A stretch of DNA of 64,000 nucleotides from Cenococcum geophilum (lineage: Eukaryota): the NCBI GenBank assembly GCA_050273025.1, contig CP158635.1, positions 620,001 to 684,000 of the forward strand, read 5' to 3'. The notes beneath the pieces were generated by a model. That model had not been told where the DNA came from. It did not search any database and saw nothing but the letters and a program-made list of their open reading frames with translations. Below are positions 1 through 12,628 of the stretch, in pieces (the stretch's first letter is position 1; each line of letters starts with the position of its first letter). A program made the translations under genes and the position numbers.

Positions 1-1461
1 GAGCCTTTAAGCGAAACTCTAAAAAGGCGGTATTAATTGGTATCGCTATCTTACTAAAATCCTCCTTCCAATCCTTATCCCATTCGCTATTAAGTACTAG
101 ATTAATTGTCTAGATACGCTTATATAAGAAGATAAAGCTCTAGCTTACTTATTAAAGCACTAGCACATCTATTTTAACGCAGCTAGCCTTTAATAATTGC
201 TTTAGCTAGGTAATTTACCGGATTTAAATATAATAGAACTATACTGGAACTACCTAAAGCAAGTTACTATAAAGAAGGGAGTATTTAGGAACCGAGTAGA
301 AGCTAAGCAAGCTTAGTAGAAGGCGTAAGAGGAGCTTAAACAGTGGCGAATTTAAGCTTAGATTAAGCGAATTCCACGTTATATTTAAGAGGTTATTTGC
401 TATAAAGGATGGAACGACTATTGCGAAGGCGCTGCTAACTGTGCACGAGATTGGAAGGCGCTTAAGAAGCTAGATCGATATCGCCGTTAAATAATTACTT
501 ATATGTAACAGCAGGTACTTTTAAGCCTTAATTAAGTTAATAAGAATAAGCCTCTATTAAGGAAGCCCGAGCCACTAGAGCTTCTAGAGCTTATATAAAT
601 AGGCCCTTATCTACCTTACGATTTAATTAATTTAAAACCTCTACACAACGATTAAGATCTAAAGCTTTGCCGCCGATGTCGCAATAAATGGGACCCCCTC
701 TAGCCGCCCACTTAATCAAAAGCTTTCTCCCTTAAGCCTCCATTTAAGCCTCTACCACCTATTAAGCCTCCTCCTCTTCCTTAGCCGCGATTAATCTAGA
801 ATTAACTAGATATAAAGGGCCGGAATATAAAAAAGGCAGCGTTTAAAATTAGCTTTGTAGAGCCTTAAATTAGGTAGCAGTAGGAGCGGCAGTAGGAATA
901 GCAGCAGCAGGAAAAGCAGCAGAAGTAGTAGCAGGAGAAAGAATACCAGAAGGATATAAATATTAGGTAGAAGACAATTAATAATCTAAAAAGGAAGTGG
1001 GTAAGGAAGAAGGACTCTACTATATCTAATAGGGTTATAGATAAGGGCAGAGCCTCTACTAAGGCCTCTACTAGTAGGACAATTAACGTTAAATTAAGCT
1101 CTGTAGAGCCTTATATAGATCCTTCGCCAGAGGCTCTACTATACTAAGGCTCTATATAGAAGATTCTAAAGAAGGTAGGAAGGCGGCAGTGACTTAAATA
1201 TAGAGAGGGCTATATTTAACCAGTAGAGGACGTTCCTAAGCCTCTATAGGGCAGGAAGCTACGCTAGCGCAGAGCTTAATACCTTCTAATTAGCTAGCAT
1301 ATTAACTAATTAACCAAATATATATATATAGCATTTTATTTAAAGCTTTAAGAACGAATTTAATGCGTCTGGCGTTAAAATTCATATTCTGCCGGTTGGC
1401 GGTAAGCCAAACTGCCTAATTAGGCAGGTGTAATTGGCTATATTAGCGACTTCCGTACCCC
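1..1461 (+). mobile_element. Tc1/mariner (DDE_3) DNA transposon, 3' part, RIP-inactivated
   Basis: Allowing G>A/C>T changes, ~123-150 reads (V)QEDGAPAH and ~212-262 reads N(S)PDLNxIExxWxYLK, both Tc1/IS630 catalytic motifs. Probable TIR end ...CTTCCGTACCCC followed by TA at 1462-1463. The left end lies outside the window. Confidence 0.7.
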
Positions 1462-1463
1462 TA

Positions 1464-3295
1464 ATACCAAAACTATAAAATAGGAGCTAGTTTTGCTACT
1501 ACCTTTTAGCCTAATCTCCCTAGAAATCTTCTAGTAGGATTAGAAAGGAAAAAGGGTATAAGGATAGTAAAAACTAGGGAACTCCCCTATAAGATGCCGA
1601 AGCCTAATAGGTATAAAAAAAACAACCTCCTATAGAAATAAGTAATAATAAGTCTATATTTACTTTTTCTGCCCCTTCTCCTTCTCCTAGCCTATTTGGG
1701 ACAGGAGAAAAAAGAGGATATCCTTAGTCTTCTGCTAAAAAAGAAAACCAAAAACCTGCAAAAAAGATAATAAAACTTATAACTTTTACGGCTGGTATAC
1801 CTAGTATATCCTTCCCTTTCCTTTCTCTAGAATAACACCTATAAAAGGCCTTAGAAAGCCTAATCCAGGCCTATAAAAAGCCAGAAGAAGAAGAAGAAAA
1901 AAAAAGAATAAGTTAATAGCTAAAGGTCTATACACGTAGTCTCCTAGTAGGAAAAAAAATCCCTTTATAAAAGGAAAAGAAAAGATAAAAGAAGTCCTAA
2001 AAAGACTAGTTGAAGAAGTAAGAGCTCTCTGTAAGGAGGTAACCCCTACTAAAGAAACTTATATAGAGAGGCTAAAGAAGGACTTCCTTCTTCTTTATCC
2101 TTACTACTATCTCCTGCCCCTTTAACTTCTACTAGAAGTAAGAAAAAGCAGCTATAAGAAAGGAAGCTAGTCCCAATTATAGACTAAAAGGACTAACCCC
2201 TAAATACCTTCTCTATACGAAATAAAGTTAATTAACTATTTACATTAAAATTGTAAGTAAAAAAGCTAGTTTTAGCGTTTATAGCTAAAACAAGAGGAAA
2301 ATAAATTATTCTCCTTATAACTACAGAAGAGTATAATATAGATTTCTTAGTTAAATATAAGGAGATCTAGTATAACTACTTTACCTTTTAAAAAGAATAA
2401 AAACTAAAACTATAGGTTTAAATTATAGCCTATAGGGTTCCTACTCTACCTTTTCTAGGAGAAGGAGGCTTTAAGCTCCTAAAGGAAGAAATTAAGACCT
2501 TTAATTCTATAAGGATATAAGGATTACCTAGATAGATCTTATCTAGTAAAAAAACACAATCTATAGACTAGATTTGGCTCTATAGTTTTTACTATAGAAA
2601 ATAAAGAAAAAAGATAAGAAATCCTTAAGCAAAAAGAGATATTAATTGTAGGTACAGCTACTAAGGTAGTAAAATACCTTAAAGTCTCTCCTACTACGCA
2701 GTGTACGAGTTGCCAAAAATTTGGCTATATAGGAGATAGGTGCTCTACTAGGGCCTATAGATTCTATGCGGCTATATATTTATCTAAAGACTATTCCTGT
2801 CCTACCTATATAATAATAGGCAAGCCTTACTAGCATACTACCCCTTTTTACATTAATTATAAAGAAAAACACTTTACTAATAGTAAAGACTGTAAGACTC
2901 TTAAAGTAGCTAAACTAGTATATAAAGAGGATTTTATGGAAGAATAAAATAGATAGGATTCTAGAAGGAGGCAACTCCTACTAAGCTCTTAAAAAGATAT
3001 AAGAGAGAAAGAATAGAAATAAATTGCAAAAGGATAGGGACAGGTATTAGGATTTCTTATAGTTTTTTTTACTATTTTCTTATTCCCTAGTAGTTATAGG
3101 AACTTAGGGTTTACTAAGGAACTATAAACTCCTAGTTTAAAAGTTTATAAACTACTAGGATATAGCTACTAGTATATATTAAGCTACCTAAAAAGGATTT
3201 ATGTATATAGAACTATAGCGCCATAGTCTAAGGCTATATGCACAGTATTGTACATAGTATAATACAATAGATATATATAGAAAAAAGAAAAAAAA
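1464..3295 (+). mobile_element. Non-LTR (Tad/LINE-like) element remnant encoding only a gag/ORF1 protein with multiple zinc knuckles, RIP-inactivated
   Basis: De-RIP reading of ~2410-2900 gives WVQIIAHGVPT...EEIETFN...GLPRWI...FGSIVF, then QCTSCQKFGHxGDRC..CRFCAAxH..DHSCPTC..PCxH..CxNC..H..NSKDC. The ORF stops near 2947, followed by a hairpin-rich UTR and an A-rich tail at ~3280-3296. Confidence 0.7.
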
Positions 3296-3296
3296 G

Positions 3297-5400
3297 AGAC
3301 TATAGACCATTATTCTTAACTAGCTATAATTTAGCCGCCTATTAATTAGATGTTAATAATAGCGGTATATATATATATTTCCTTATTAATTATTACTAAG
3401 ATATTAGAATCCTACTACTATTTAAATACGTTTAAAATTATAGATCTTTCTTACTGCTATACTTCTTAGTTTTTTAGTAATATTATCTAATTAAGCAAAG
3501 CCTCTCTGTTATAGGAAAACCTTAGCGCTAAATTATAAATAAATTTATACAGTCCTAAGGAATTAGATAGAACTAGAGGTTTATAAGCCTTTCTAAACTA
3601 GGAGTACGTAGTAGGATTAGTCTTTATAGTACTAAGGTAGTTATAAGCGTAATATATTAAACGGAGTCTATAATATAGTGCGGTATAATTTAAACCCTTT
3701 ATCACTAAACCTATACGTCCTTTTATTACTTAATTATGCATCTAGTAGTCCTTATATATCTCTAGATTAGAACTAGCTGCCCTATATTATCTGCGTAAGA
3801 GCTTTATAATCTCTATTGGTTTAATTTTAATAGTTTGGTTTAGGGACACCTTAAGATATACCGGTACGTTTTCTTATAGTTATATCCTCGTTTTATATAG
3901 AGTACTGCTATAATGCCTATAGCCTCCTTAATATACTTTATATTATCTCCCGGCTTAATAATATTCTTATTAAACATTAATTCTACTCCTAGCCCTCCTA
4001 CTTCTAGGTAAGTAATTATTAGCCTTTTTTTTAGATGTCTTTTTAACGAAGATACTAGTAGCTGTGGGGGTAAGCCAATAGGCGTTGTAGCTGCGAGAAT
4101 GCTCTTATTTATAGATAATAAAGGCGAGTTAACTAATATAGTTGATCCTTATTAGGACGGGCTTGGTATAATACTACTACCTCCTTTTTAAATCGGTATT
4201 GATAGCTAAAAAGCTAAGAGATTTATTACGTTAGAAGTATATCGTAAATATATTTATAGTGTAAGAGCTAAGCTTTTTCCTATTTATTTAATTACGATAT
4301 TAGTGACTTCTAGTCCTATAGTAGCCAGTCTCCTACTTCTTAGCAATAGGTCCTTATATAGAATAAGGAAGCCAATTAAGTATCTTTTTAAACTATGCTT
4401 ATTTACTACCTGGTCTAATATTGCCCTTTCTAACTTTATAGACGCGAGCGCGAAATTGGCTGCTTATAATTAAGTAGTAGTCTTAATACCGCGTTCTAGA
4501 TAATTAAGCCTCTCGATTAGAGCTTTATTAACTCTTACTATAACCTTAAAAAATAGGTAAACTGCGAGCTTTTAGATAGCGAATAGGAAGTTATAAGAGA
4601 CTACGTATTTAAGCGGCCTACTAAAAACATCTTATTCCTAGGCCTTTTAGATGGTCTCTTTAGCTTTATTATACCAGTTTCTTTAATCTTTAGCTATTTT
4701 ACTAATGTTAAAGATATCCTTAAAGATTGATATAAACACGTCTTTTCCTAAAGATGCTTGTAGTCTATTATTATAGTTAATAAAATTAACTACTATATTA
4801 GTAGTATCTGCGTAGTTTTTTTTTGTAAGAGCAAAATCTTATTATAGATTTGGATAAGTACTACCTAGCGCTAATTAACCGCGAAGCTTCTAACCTCTAT
4901 AAGGACGTTACTAATCTATTACTTAGCTCCTTTATATAGTACTAGCGGGTTACTAGATAAAGATATAATAAGTATACTATTATTAATTCTACTTAGTTAA
5001 TGCTTTAATTAATTATAGCTATCTTTAAGGTTTATTAAGGGCGAAAAGGTAAGGTTTTAAATAGGGTTTCCTAATTTAAATGGTCTATTAAATCTAGGTA
5101 GTGATGTAGAGTTTTACCGGCTCTAATTATTAAATAGACCAATTATAATTTTCTATGCCCGGTATAGAAAATCGCTATAAGCTTAGTAAAGGCGGTAAGC
5201 GGAACTAATATCTTTATAGTAAATAATACTAGATAGTTATACACAAATATTCTTCTACCCTTATCTTACTATTGGCACGCATTAGATTCCTATAACTAAA
5301 AAAAGTAAATAAAAAAGCGTAATAAAAAGAGCTTTAAAAAACACGGTAAATAAATAGACAGAGTATACGGCTGTTATCTATACCTCCTATTTTACCTTAA
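3297..5400 (-). pseudogene. RIP-mutated repeat with a long degenerate minus-strand coding region of unknown function, 3' of Gypsy A pol
   Basis: The minus frame at ~4200-4650 reads as protein, with stops only at RIP-compatible codons (e.g. KALIERLNYLERGIKTTT*L*AANFALASIKLERAILDQVV). No family recognised. Confidence 0.35.
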
Positions 5401-5678
5401 ATCTTAACTATCCCCTAGTTAAATATCTTATGCTTAGTTCTGTTAAACAATCTTTTTAAAATGCGCACTTTTTAAACTATACGGCGTTGTAATATTAGTA
5501 GATTTTATATATCTTCCTTAGGCTCTAGCTCTACTGTTATTTTTTATAATATAGTTCCGCCTAACCAGTTAAGCCGGTCCTTTTAGCGGACTTTAGATAT
5601 CTATTATTAATAAAACTTCTTTAATTTATTCCCTAGAGTTTAATTGCGGAATAGCGTGCCGCTAAAATTCTTAATTAA

Positions 5679-6057
5679 TATTACGGAGTAAGTATAAGCG
5701 ACGATAATATATAGTAAGGTAGATATTATTAAGCTATATATATATACTGTGTAAGAAGTTAAGACGTTATATAAGAAAGGAAGGTAGGAAAACGGGAAGA
5801 AAGGGTATATATTATAAACTTAGTTACTTAGTTAACACATACACAGAGCAGAGTAGGATTTAAGTAGTGGTCCTAGCAAAACTTAGTAGGATTTAGTAAA
5901 ACTTAGTAGAACTTAGTAGAATATAGTAAAATATAGTAAGTTACCGTTAGATTGCCGCAGATTGCTATTAAATTGCCGTCTTATGGTCGGTCTTTAGTTG
6001 CTAAGTTAGTAGAAACAGGTAGATATATATAAGGTATTACAGGGGTGTCCCATAATA
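5679..6057 (-). repeat. Gypsy B 3' LTR (379 bp)
   Basis: Direct repeat of 11287-11666; TG..CA ends RIP-converted to TA..TA; internal ~10-bp TTAGTAGAAC-like tandem. Confidence 0.92.
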
Positions 6058-9000
6058 GTACCCCCCTTTAAACTTAAGCTTCTGCGAGATAGGGCTATAG
6101 TAGTTCTAGGTGGAGTTTATAAAAGTCTTCTATAGTTTATATAAGTCCTATAAAGTTAATGGGTTCCTATAAAGGCTTAATAAAGCCTCTCTATTTTATA
6201 AGATATATATATTAGCGTTTCCGTTTATTATACTTAATATTATTAATTCTTATAATAAAGTACTCGTTCTTACTATTTACTTTAACTAGTAGGGGAGGGT
6301 CTTATATTTATTTAGGTAGGGCGTTTAATATAGAAGTAATAGGGTAGAGGACTAACGTGTAGAATATAGGGTGGATTTTAACCGTATTAGGGAGCTTTAG
6401 TTAGTAAGCATAGGAGGAGATAACCTTCTAAACCTTATAAGGGCCAGCGTTCTTTTAATTAAGCTTCTTAATAGGTTATTTTATGTTTAGATTCCTTATA
6501 TTTAGCTAGATAAAGTTACTAATTTAATAGGCTAGTACTAAGGTTTATTTCTTATTCGCTGCGGCTTTATAGATAGATTAAGCCTATATTATTTTATTAG
6601 TAAGAAACTGTTATAATTCTTCTATCTTCTTTACAAATTTATTTACTTTTATAACTTATAAGGCGTAATAAGTAGGGTAAGGAATATTGTTAAAGGGTTT
6701 AAACCCCATTTATAAATACTAGCCGTAGTTAGCCAGAAATATGGAGACCTTTATAGTTTTTAAGGCGGAATTATTTATAGTAAACTTAGTAAATATAAGC
6801 CAGTTAATCTAGTTATCTTATAAATAACGTATATATCCGGATATACTATTCTATTATAGCGTTTATATATTCTATTTAACTATCTATTTTTAGATAATAT
6901 ATAGTAAATAGTAGTACTTTAATATAGAGTTAGGTAGTTAGTTCTTTCTAAAATATAAAGATAAACTAGCTGCCTCTATTAGAGATAATTGTTTTAGGGA
7001 GTCTATAGAGTTTCTGTACGTAATTTAGAAATAATTAGGTAATAGTAGGCGTTAATATATTAGGGCAGGCGATTAAGTGCCTTATCTTAGATAGTTGGTC
7101 TATAACTACTATAATATTTATACAGCCTTTACTTATAGGGGGGTTAACAATAAAGTTAATTAAGATATCCTTCTATCTTTAGTCTAGAATAGGTAGTAGC
7201 TTTAGGAGGCTGTTATACATCTTATATAAAGCTTTAGCTTATTAGTAGATATAGCAGCTAGAGATATACCTTTATATTATATTATATATATTCGGCTAAT
7301 AGTATTCCCATTAAAGCAGTTTTAGGGTTTTTCCTTAGCCTAGGTAGCTGGCTACTAGTAGATTATATATATGTTTAAGGAGCTTAAGCTTAAGTTTATT
7401 ATAGTTAGGTATAACTAGGTAGTTCTAGTAATATAAGCGGTTTCCGCAAGCTTTATATTTACTTAAAGAAATCTTTTTAAAGCATCTAATACTATCTTAT
7501 ATTAGATTAAGCATCTCTTAAATAAACTTATTATTTAAGTATTCGTTAACTATAATTTATTTAATTAATTAATTAGTTATTTTAAGGACGTATACTATAA
7601 GATCTTTAGTGGGAGGGTTAAATAGTTTAGGGCGAAGTAGGGTCTAATTTTAGTAAGAGCGCGCTTTTTTTAGGGCTGGCGCGTCTTATAAGCATTAGGT
7701 TAGGGTATTAGGCTTCTAACCTTAAACGCCTAGGTAGTATATAATTAAGAATTAGAAGCGTAATAAATATTCTAACTAGTAGGCCTAATAATAACTTAGC
7801 TATTTCGTGGTTATAAAGTACTGTAGGTTCTTATAGTCGCTAAGGACCTTAATTGGAAATCCGGCGCCGTCTAGTTTGGGTCGCTATTGCTTAAAATATC
7901 TAATAATAGCTAGTAATTCTTTATTATAGATCTTATAATTATATTTAGCAGGGCTTAGTCGCTTTAAGAAGTATACTATAGGGTATAATACTCCTTCTTT
8001 GTTATATTAAAACAGAATGCCTCTAGTAATATAATTAGATAAGTCGGCTTTTATAATACTTATTCGTTTTAAGTTAAAGTGTTAAAGTATAGGTATAGCA
8101 GTAAATATAACCTTTAGATAAGTAAAGGCCTTCTTATATTCTTTATTAAAGATAAAAGCTTTATTATTTTAGATTAGAGTAATAAGGGGTAAAACTAGGG
8201 CGGAGAAGTTATTAATAAACCGTTAGTAAAAATTAGTAAATCCTATAAAGGCTCTTATATCCTTAACGTTCTTAGGTCCTTACTAGTTTATAATTACTTT
8301 AACTTTCTTTAGGTCTACTTATATACTGTTTATAAAAATAAGAAGTCTAAAGTATAGAACTTCCGTTTTATAGAACTTATATTTATCTATATCTAATTAT
8401 AAACTAGCTCCGTATAGGGCTTATAAAATAAGGTTAATATATTTCTAATATTTAGTTAGGTTATTACTATATATTATAATGTCATTAATATAAGTAGTAT
8501 AGAAGATGTCTAGGTAGGGACGTATGGTATTATTTACGTAATATTAAAACAAGCTTGGAGTATTTATAAGGCTAAATAGTATTACTAAGTATTTAAATAA
8601 TCTATACCGTGTATAGAATACAGTAAGCTATTTATCTCCTTTTGCTATATAGAGGAGGTTAAATATAGAGATAATATTAAGCTTCGTATAGTAGCGAGCC
8701 TTACTTAGTTAGTTTAGTGTCTTCTATATTAATAGGATCGGATATTAGTTCTTAATAGTAACGGCATTAAGAGCTTAGTAGTTTATATAGAAGCGTAAGC
8801 CGCTACTAGGTTTCTTAACAAAGATTACTAATACGGCTATAAGCAATAAGCTTACTCTAATAAATCCTTTACTTAGGTTCTTATCTAAATACTTTATAGC
8901 ACTTAGAGTTCGTTTTAGGATATCCCGTATAGGGGTCTAACTCTAGGCTGCTTTCCTTCTTTAAGTATAATCTTATAGTTATATAATTAGTATTATAGTA

Positions 9001-11286
9001 GCTTATTAGCTTTCTTCTATAAAAATACCTCTAGGCGGGTATAGTACTCTACTAGTACCTTTATAGTAGGGTTAGTATACTTCTTCAGTACTAAGGCCTT
9101 CTTAATATTAGCTATAGTAATAGCGAAGATTATATATTCGGATTTCTTAGCAAGTTACGCTAGCGGGATAGCTTTAATTAGACGGATATTTAAGGTGCCG
9201 AGCTTACTTAGATTATCTATAGTTTTATATTTAGGTTTAGGTTTAATATTAGGTATAGAGTTAGTATTAGATTTAGGTTTGGGTTTTTTAAGAATCCTTT
9301 TTATAGTAGAATACTAGTTCCCCTAGTATTTTTGTGTATTAAGCTTAAGCTTTTACTCAGCTTAGGGTAGTATAGTGCTTAGTAATAACTTATAGAATTT
9401 AGTAGAGTTTTCGGATCCTTAGTAGATATTAGTAGAAATTTTATATTAATAGAATTTAGTAGAATTCCTAGGTTAGTAAAATCTGGTAAATTCCTTAAAT
9501 ATAAGGTAGATATTAGTAAAAATCTTAGGCTAATAGATTTTAGTGGATTTCCTAAATTTTAGCTTAGGGTTAGGATAATATATTATAAGGCACTCCTACT
9601 TATAACGGGAGGCAGTTAATAAAAGCTTAAGGTTGTTTTAATTAATAGTTACCTTATATAGCTTTATCTAGGATTATTTAAGAATTACTAGGTAACCTAA
9701 GATAGTAAAAAAGAGCTTAATTAGTTCTTTATAGTTTAGGTATTAAAGTCTTAGGGCTACTATATAAGTAATACGGCCTAAAATAGTACGTTTACTATTA
9801 AATCTAAATACGTTAATATGCTGGTTAAAGGGGGTTAGGGTAAAACTATTATCTTATACAAAGATCTTATTAATAAATCCTATGCTGCTAGCTTCTATAT
9901 TAATTAGGATTTAAATATTAAACTCTTAACTATTCTGCCAGAGGCGGTAGTTAATAGTTATACTATAGTCTTAAGACTTAAAGTTTATAACGTTAAATAC
10001 GTTTAATAAGATTTTATAATAGAGCCGTCCTAAGGAGCGACTTAGCTCTAAAATTTTCCTTTTAAAGGTAATTAGGGCGGGGTTCTTATAAGACGTTAGT
10101 TAGATTTTCGTTCTTATAAATAGTACTTACTAAATAAAAGGCTGGAACTAGATAAGGAGGGCTATAATTAATAGCTTAAAGTTAGGCGCGATAAATAGTT
10201 CCTAATATTAGCTATTTGTAAATTATTTTAGGGTGTAGGTAAGGAGATAAGGTAGTATTTTAAGATATAGTCCTTACTTCCATACTTAAAGTAAAGGCTT
10301 AGCTTAATATATTTTTCTTATTTAGGGGACCCTAATAAGGTATACTCTAGGGTTCTAGTATTAATATTTATGGCATTAGGGTGCTTAGGCTAAGATAATA
10401 ACTTAATAAACGTTTATAGAGTTACTATATTATATTAGGGGGCGGGCTTTAGTATTAGGCGTAGTATATTATTATACTATTTATTAATAACGTTTACGTA
10501 TACATTAAGGGCTCTAACTAGGTCTATGCCTATTAGGGAGGGTTTTAGTTTAGGGCTTAAAAATTTAATAAGGCTGTTAACTAGTGCAGAGTCATTTTAG
10601 CTAGTCTCCCTTACGTAATAGTTAAATTCAGAGAAGTATACTAGGAAACTTTCCGTTCTTTAAGCTATATAGTTTATCTTTTTTAAGTAGTGGCTTAGCG
10701 GTTTGGGTTACTATATATAGCTTTAAGAAGTATAACTAGGCTTTATACTAAGTTCGGTTAGAGGGGTTTAATAAAATTAGCTATCTCTTCTCTTAGTTAA
10801 CTTAGGGCGTAACAGAGTTAGTTAGCTTTAGTTAGGTAATAGTTAGCGTTACTAGTTAGCTTATTCTTAAGCTAGCTTAGAAATAATTAGAGCTCTTACC
10901 GTTTACTAGTAAATACTAAAGGGTTAGGTAGCCGTTCAGATTATTATAGTATAGTAGTTAATTTAGGGTAGGCAGCTATTATAGGTTTAAGGCTTACGTT
11001 CTACGTATTTATCTTTAGGGATAGTATTTAGTCTTAAGGCCCTAATATAGACATCTTAAGTATACGGATTTCTTCTTAGAAGTCCTTAATTAATCACTAG
11101 TATCGTGCTTTTTATTCGGCTTATTATTAATTTAAAGTAGCTTAGTTTTATATAAGGGCGTCTATAAAAGACTTTTATATTTCTACTAGTTATTCTTAGA
11201 GTGCGGATATAATACTAGCAGCCGTTATAGGGGCTTTAGGGTCGTTCTATATTTTAGAGGTAGTATATAAAGTTAACGCAATATAG

Positions 11287-11666
11287 TATTACGGAGTAAG
11301 TATAAGCGGCAATAATATATAGCAAGGTAGATATTATTAAGCTATATATATAAACTATATAAGAAGTTAAGACGTTATATAAGGAAAGAAGGTAGGAAAA
11401 CGGGAAGAAAAGGGTATATATTGTGGACTTAGTTGCTTAGTTAATATATATATAGAGTAAGGTAGGATTTAGGTAGTAGTCCTAGCAAAACTTAATAGGA
11501 TTTAGTAGAACTTAGTAGAACTTAGTAAAATATAGCAGAATATAGTAAGCTGCTGTTAAATTGCCGTAGATTACTATTAGATTGCTATCTTATAGTTAGT
11601 CTCTAGTTACTAAGTTAGTAAAAATAGGTAGACGTATATAAGGTATTATAGGAGTATCCCGTAATA
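11287..11666 (-). repeat. Gypsy B 5' LTR (380 bp)
   Basis: Direct repeat of 5679-6057. Confidence 0.92.
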
Positions 11667-12408
11667 ATTAAGTACTATCCTTTATAAGGGTGACTTTTAT
11701 ATACACGGAACGGGCCTAGCTATTTTAGATCTAACTTATAACTACTAAAATAGTCTTACTTAAGCTATATATTATAGAGTATAACTATATCTTAAATCTT
11801 AAATCTATCCTAGCGAATATAATAGATAGTATTAAAATACTCCTTATTTACTACCCTTAGTCGTCTTATATACGCTATAGCCTTTTATATATCTACGTCT
11901 CTTTAGTTAAACTATATTATATAAAGTGCTAATAGCTTTATAGTAGTCCGGACCATTTACTAAGGTAGTATTTACTAAGTATATATATAGAGTTTAATAA
12001 AAAGGATATGCTTATACCCATATATAACTCTTACTAGCGTTATTTCTATAAATCGCTTAATAGTTATTTTATTAGCCTATAAGACGGTATAAAGATTATC
12101 TAGCTATAAGCTATCTATCTTCGCCAAAGCGTTTATTATAGGTATATAACCTCGCTCTATAAAGTCTTACTCCTATAGGTAATATACAAAAGCTATAACC
12201 CTTTTTATATTATAGGGCTCTACAAGCGTAGCGGTAATATTAGCATTCTCTTCTTTACTAACTATAGAGAGCTGTCTAAATACTCCCTATTAGTAAATAA
12301 CGTCTTTATAAAGGAACTTCGCTATACTTTTTATATCCTTATTTCTAAGGGCTTAAGTTTTTACCTATTTAAATATATATTCTTAAGTAATAGCTAAATA
12401 TTAGAATC

Positions 12409-12628
12409 TATAAGCTTTGCAATATAGGAAGAATTGCAAAAACAACTTAATTATAGATCTATGGAAATCAAGTAATATAAATATATAAGGAAGGTGTTGG
12501 TAATAAGATAAAAGGGGAGACTACTTTATAACTAAAACAGCGTAATATATAAGTGATACGCAGTTAATACGCAGTCGATACGTAGGTAATATATAGGCGT
12601 TCCGGCATAGTACCGGTAGTCGGTTACA
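12409..12628 (-). repeat. Copia C 3' LTR
   Basis: Direct repeat of 33267-33486; ends GGTTACA; adjacent PPT complement CACACCCCT. Confidence 0.92.

Larger units (their letters stand above)
5679..11666 (-). mobile_element. Gypsy B: full-length chromovirus-type LTR retrotransposon, RIP-inactivated
   Basis: LTRs at 5679-6057 and 11287-11666; 5-bp TSD ATTAA (5674-5678 and 11667-11671); polypurine-tract (PPT) complement GTACCCCCCTTTA next to the left LTR. Gag CCHC knuckle at ~10255-10300, RT, RNase H and integrase, then a chromodomain at ~6100-6270. Confidence 0.92.

Noticed and set aside
3086..3160. Hammerhead-ribozyme-like three-way junction (CTAAGGA could be RIPed CTGAGGA)
   Set aside because: No GAAA between stems II and III even after RIP reversal, and stem I is weak; kept only as a structured UTR.
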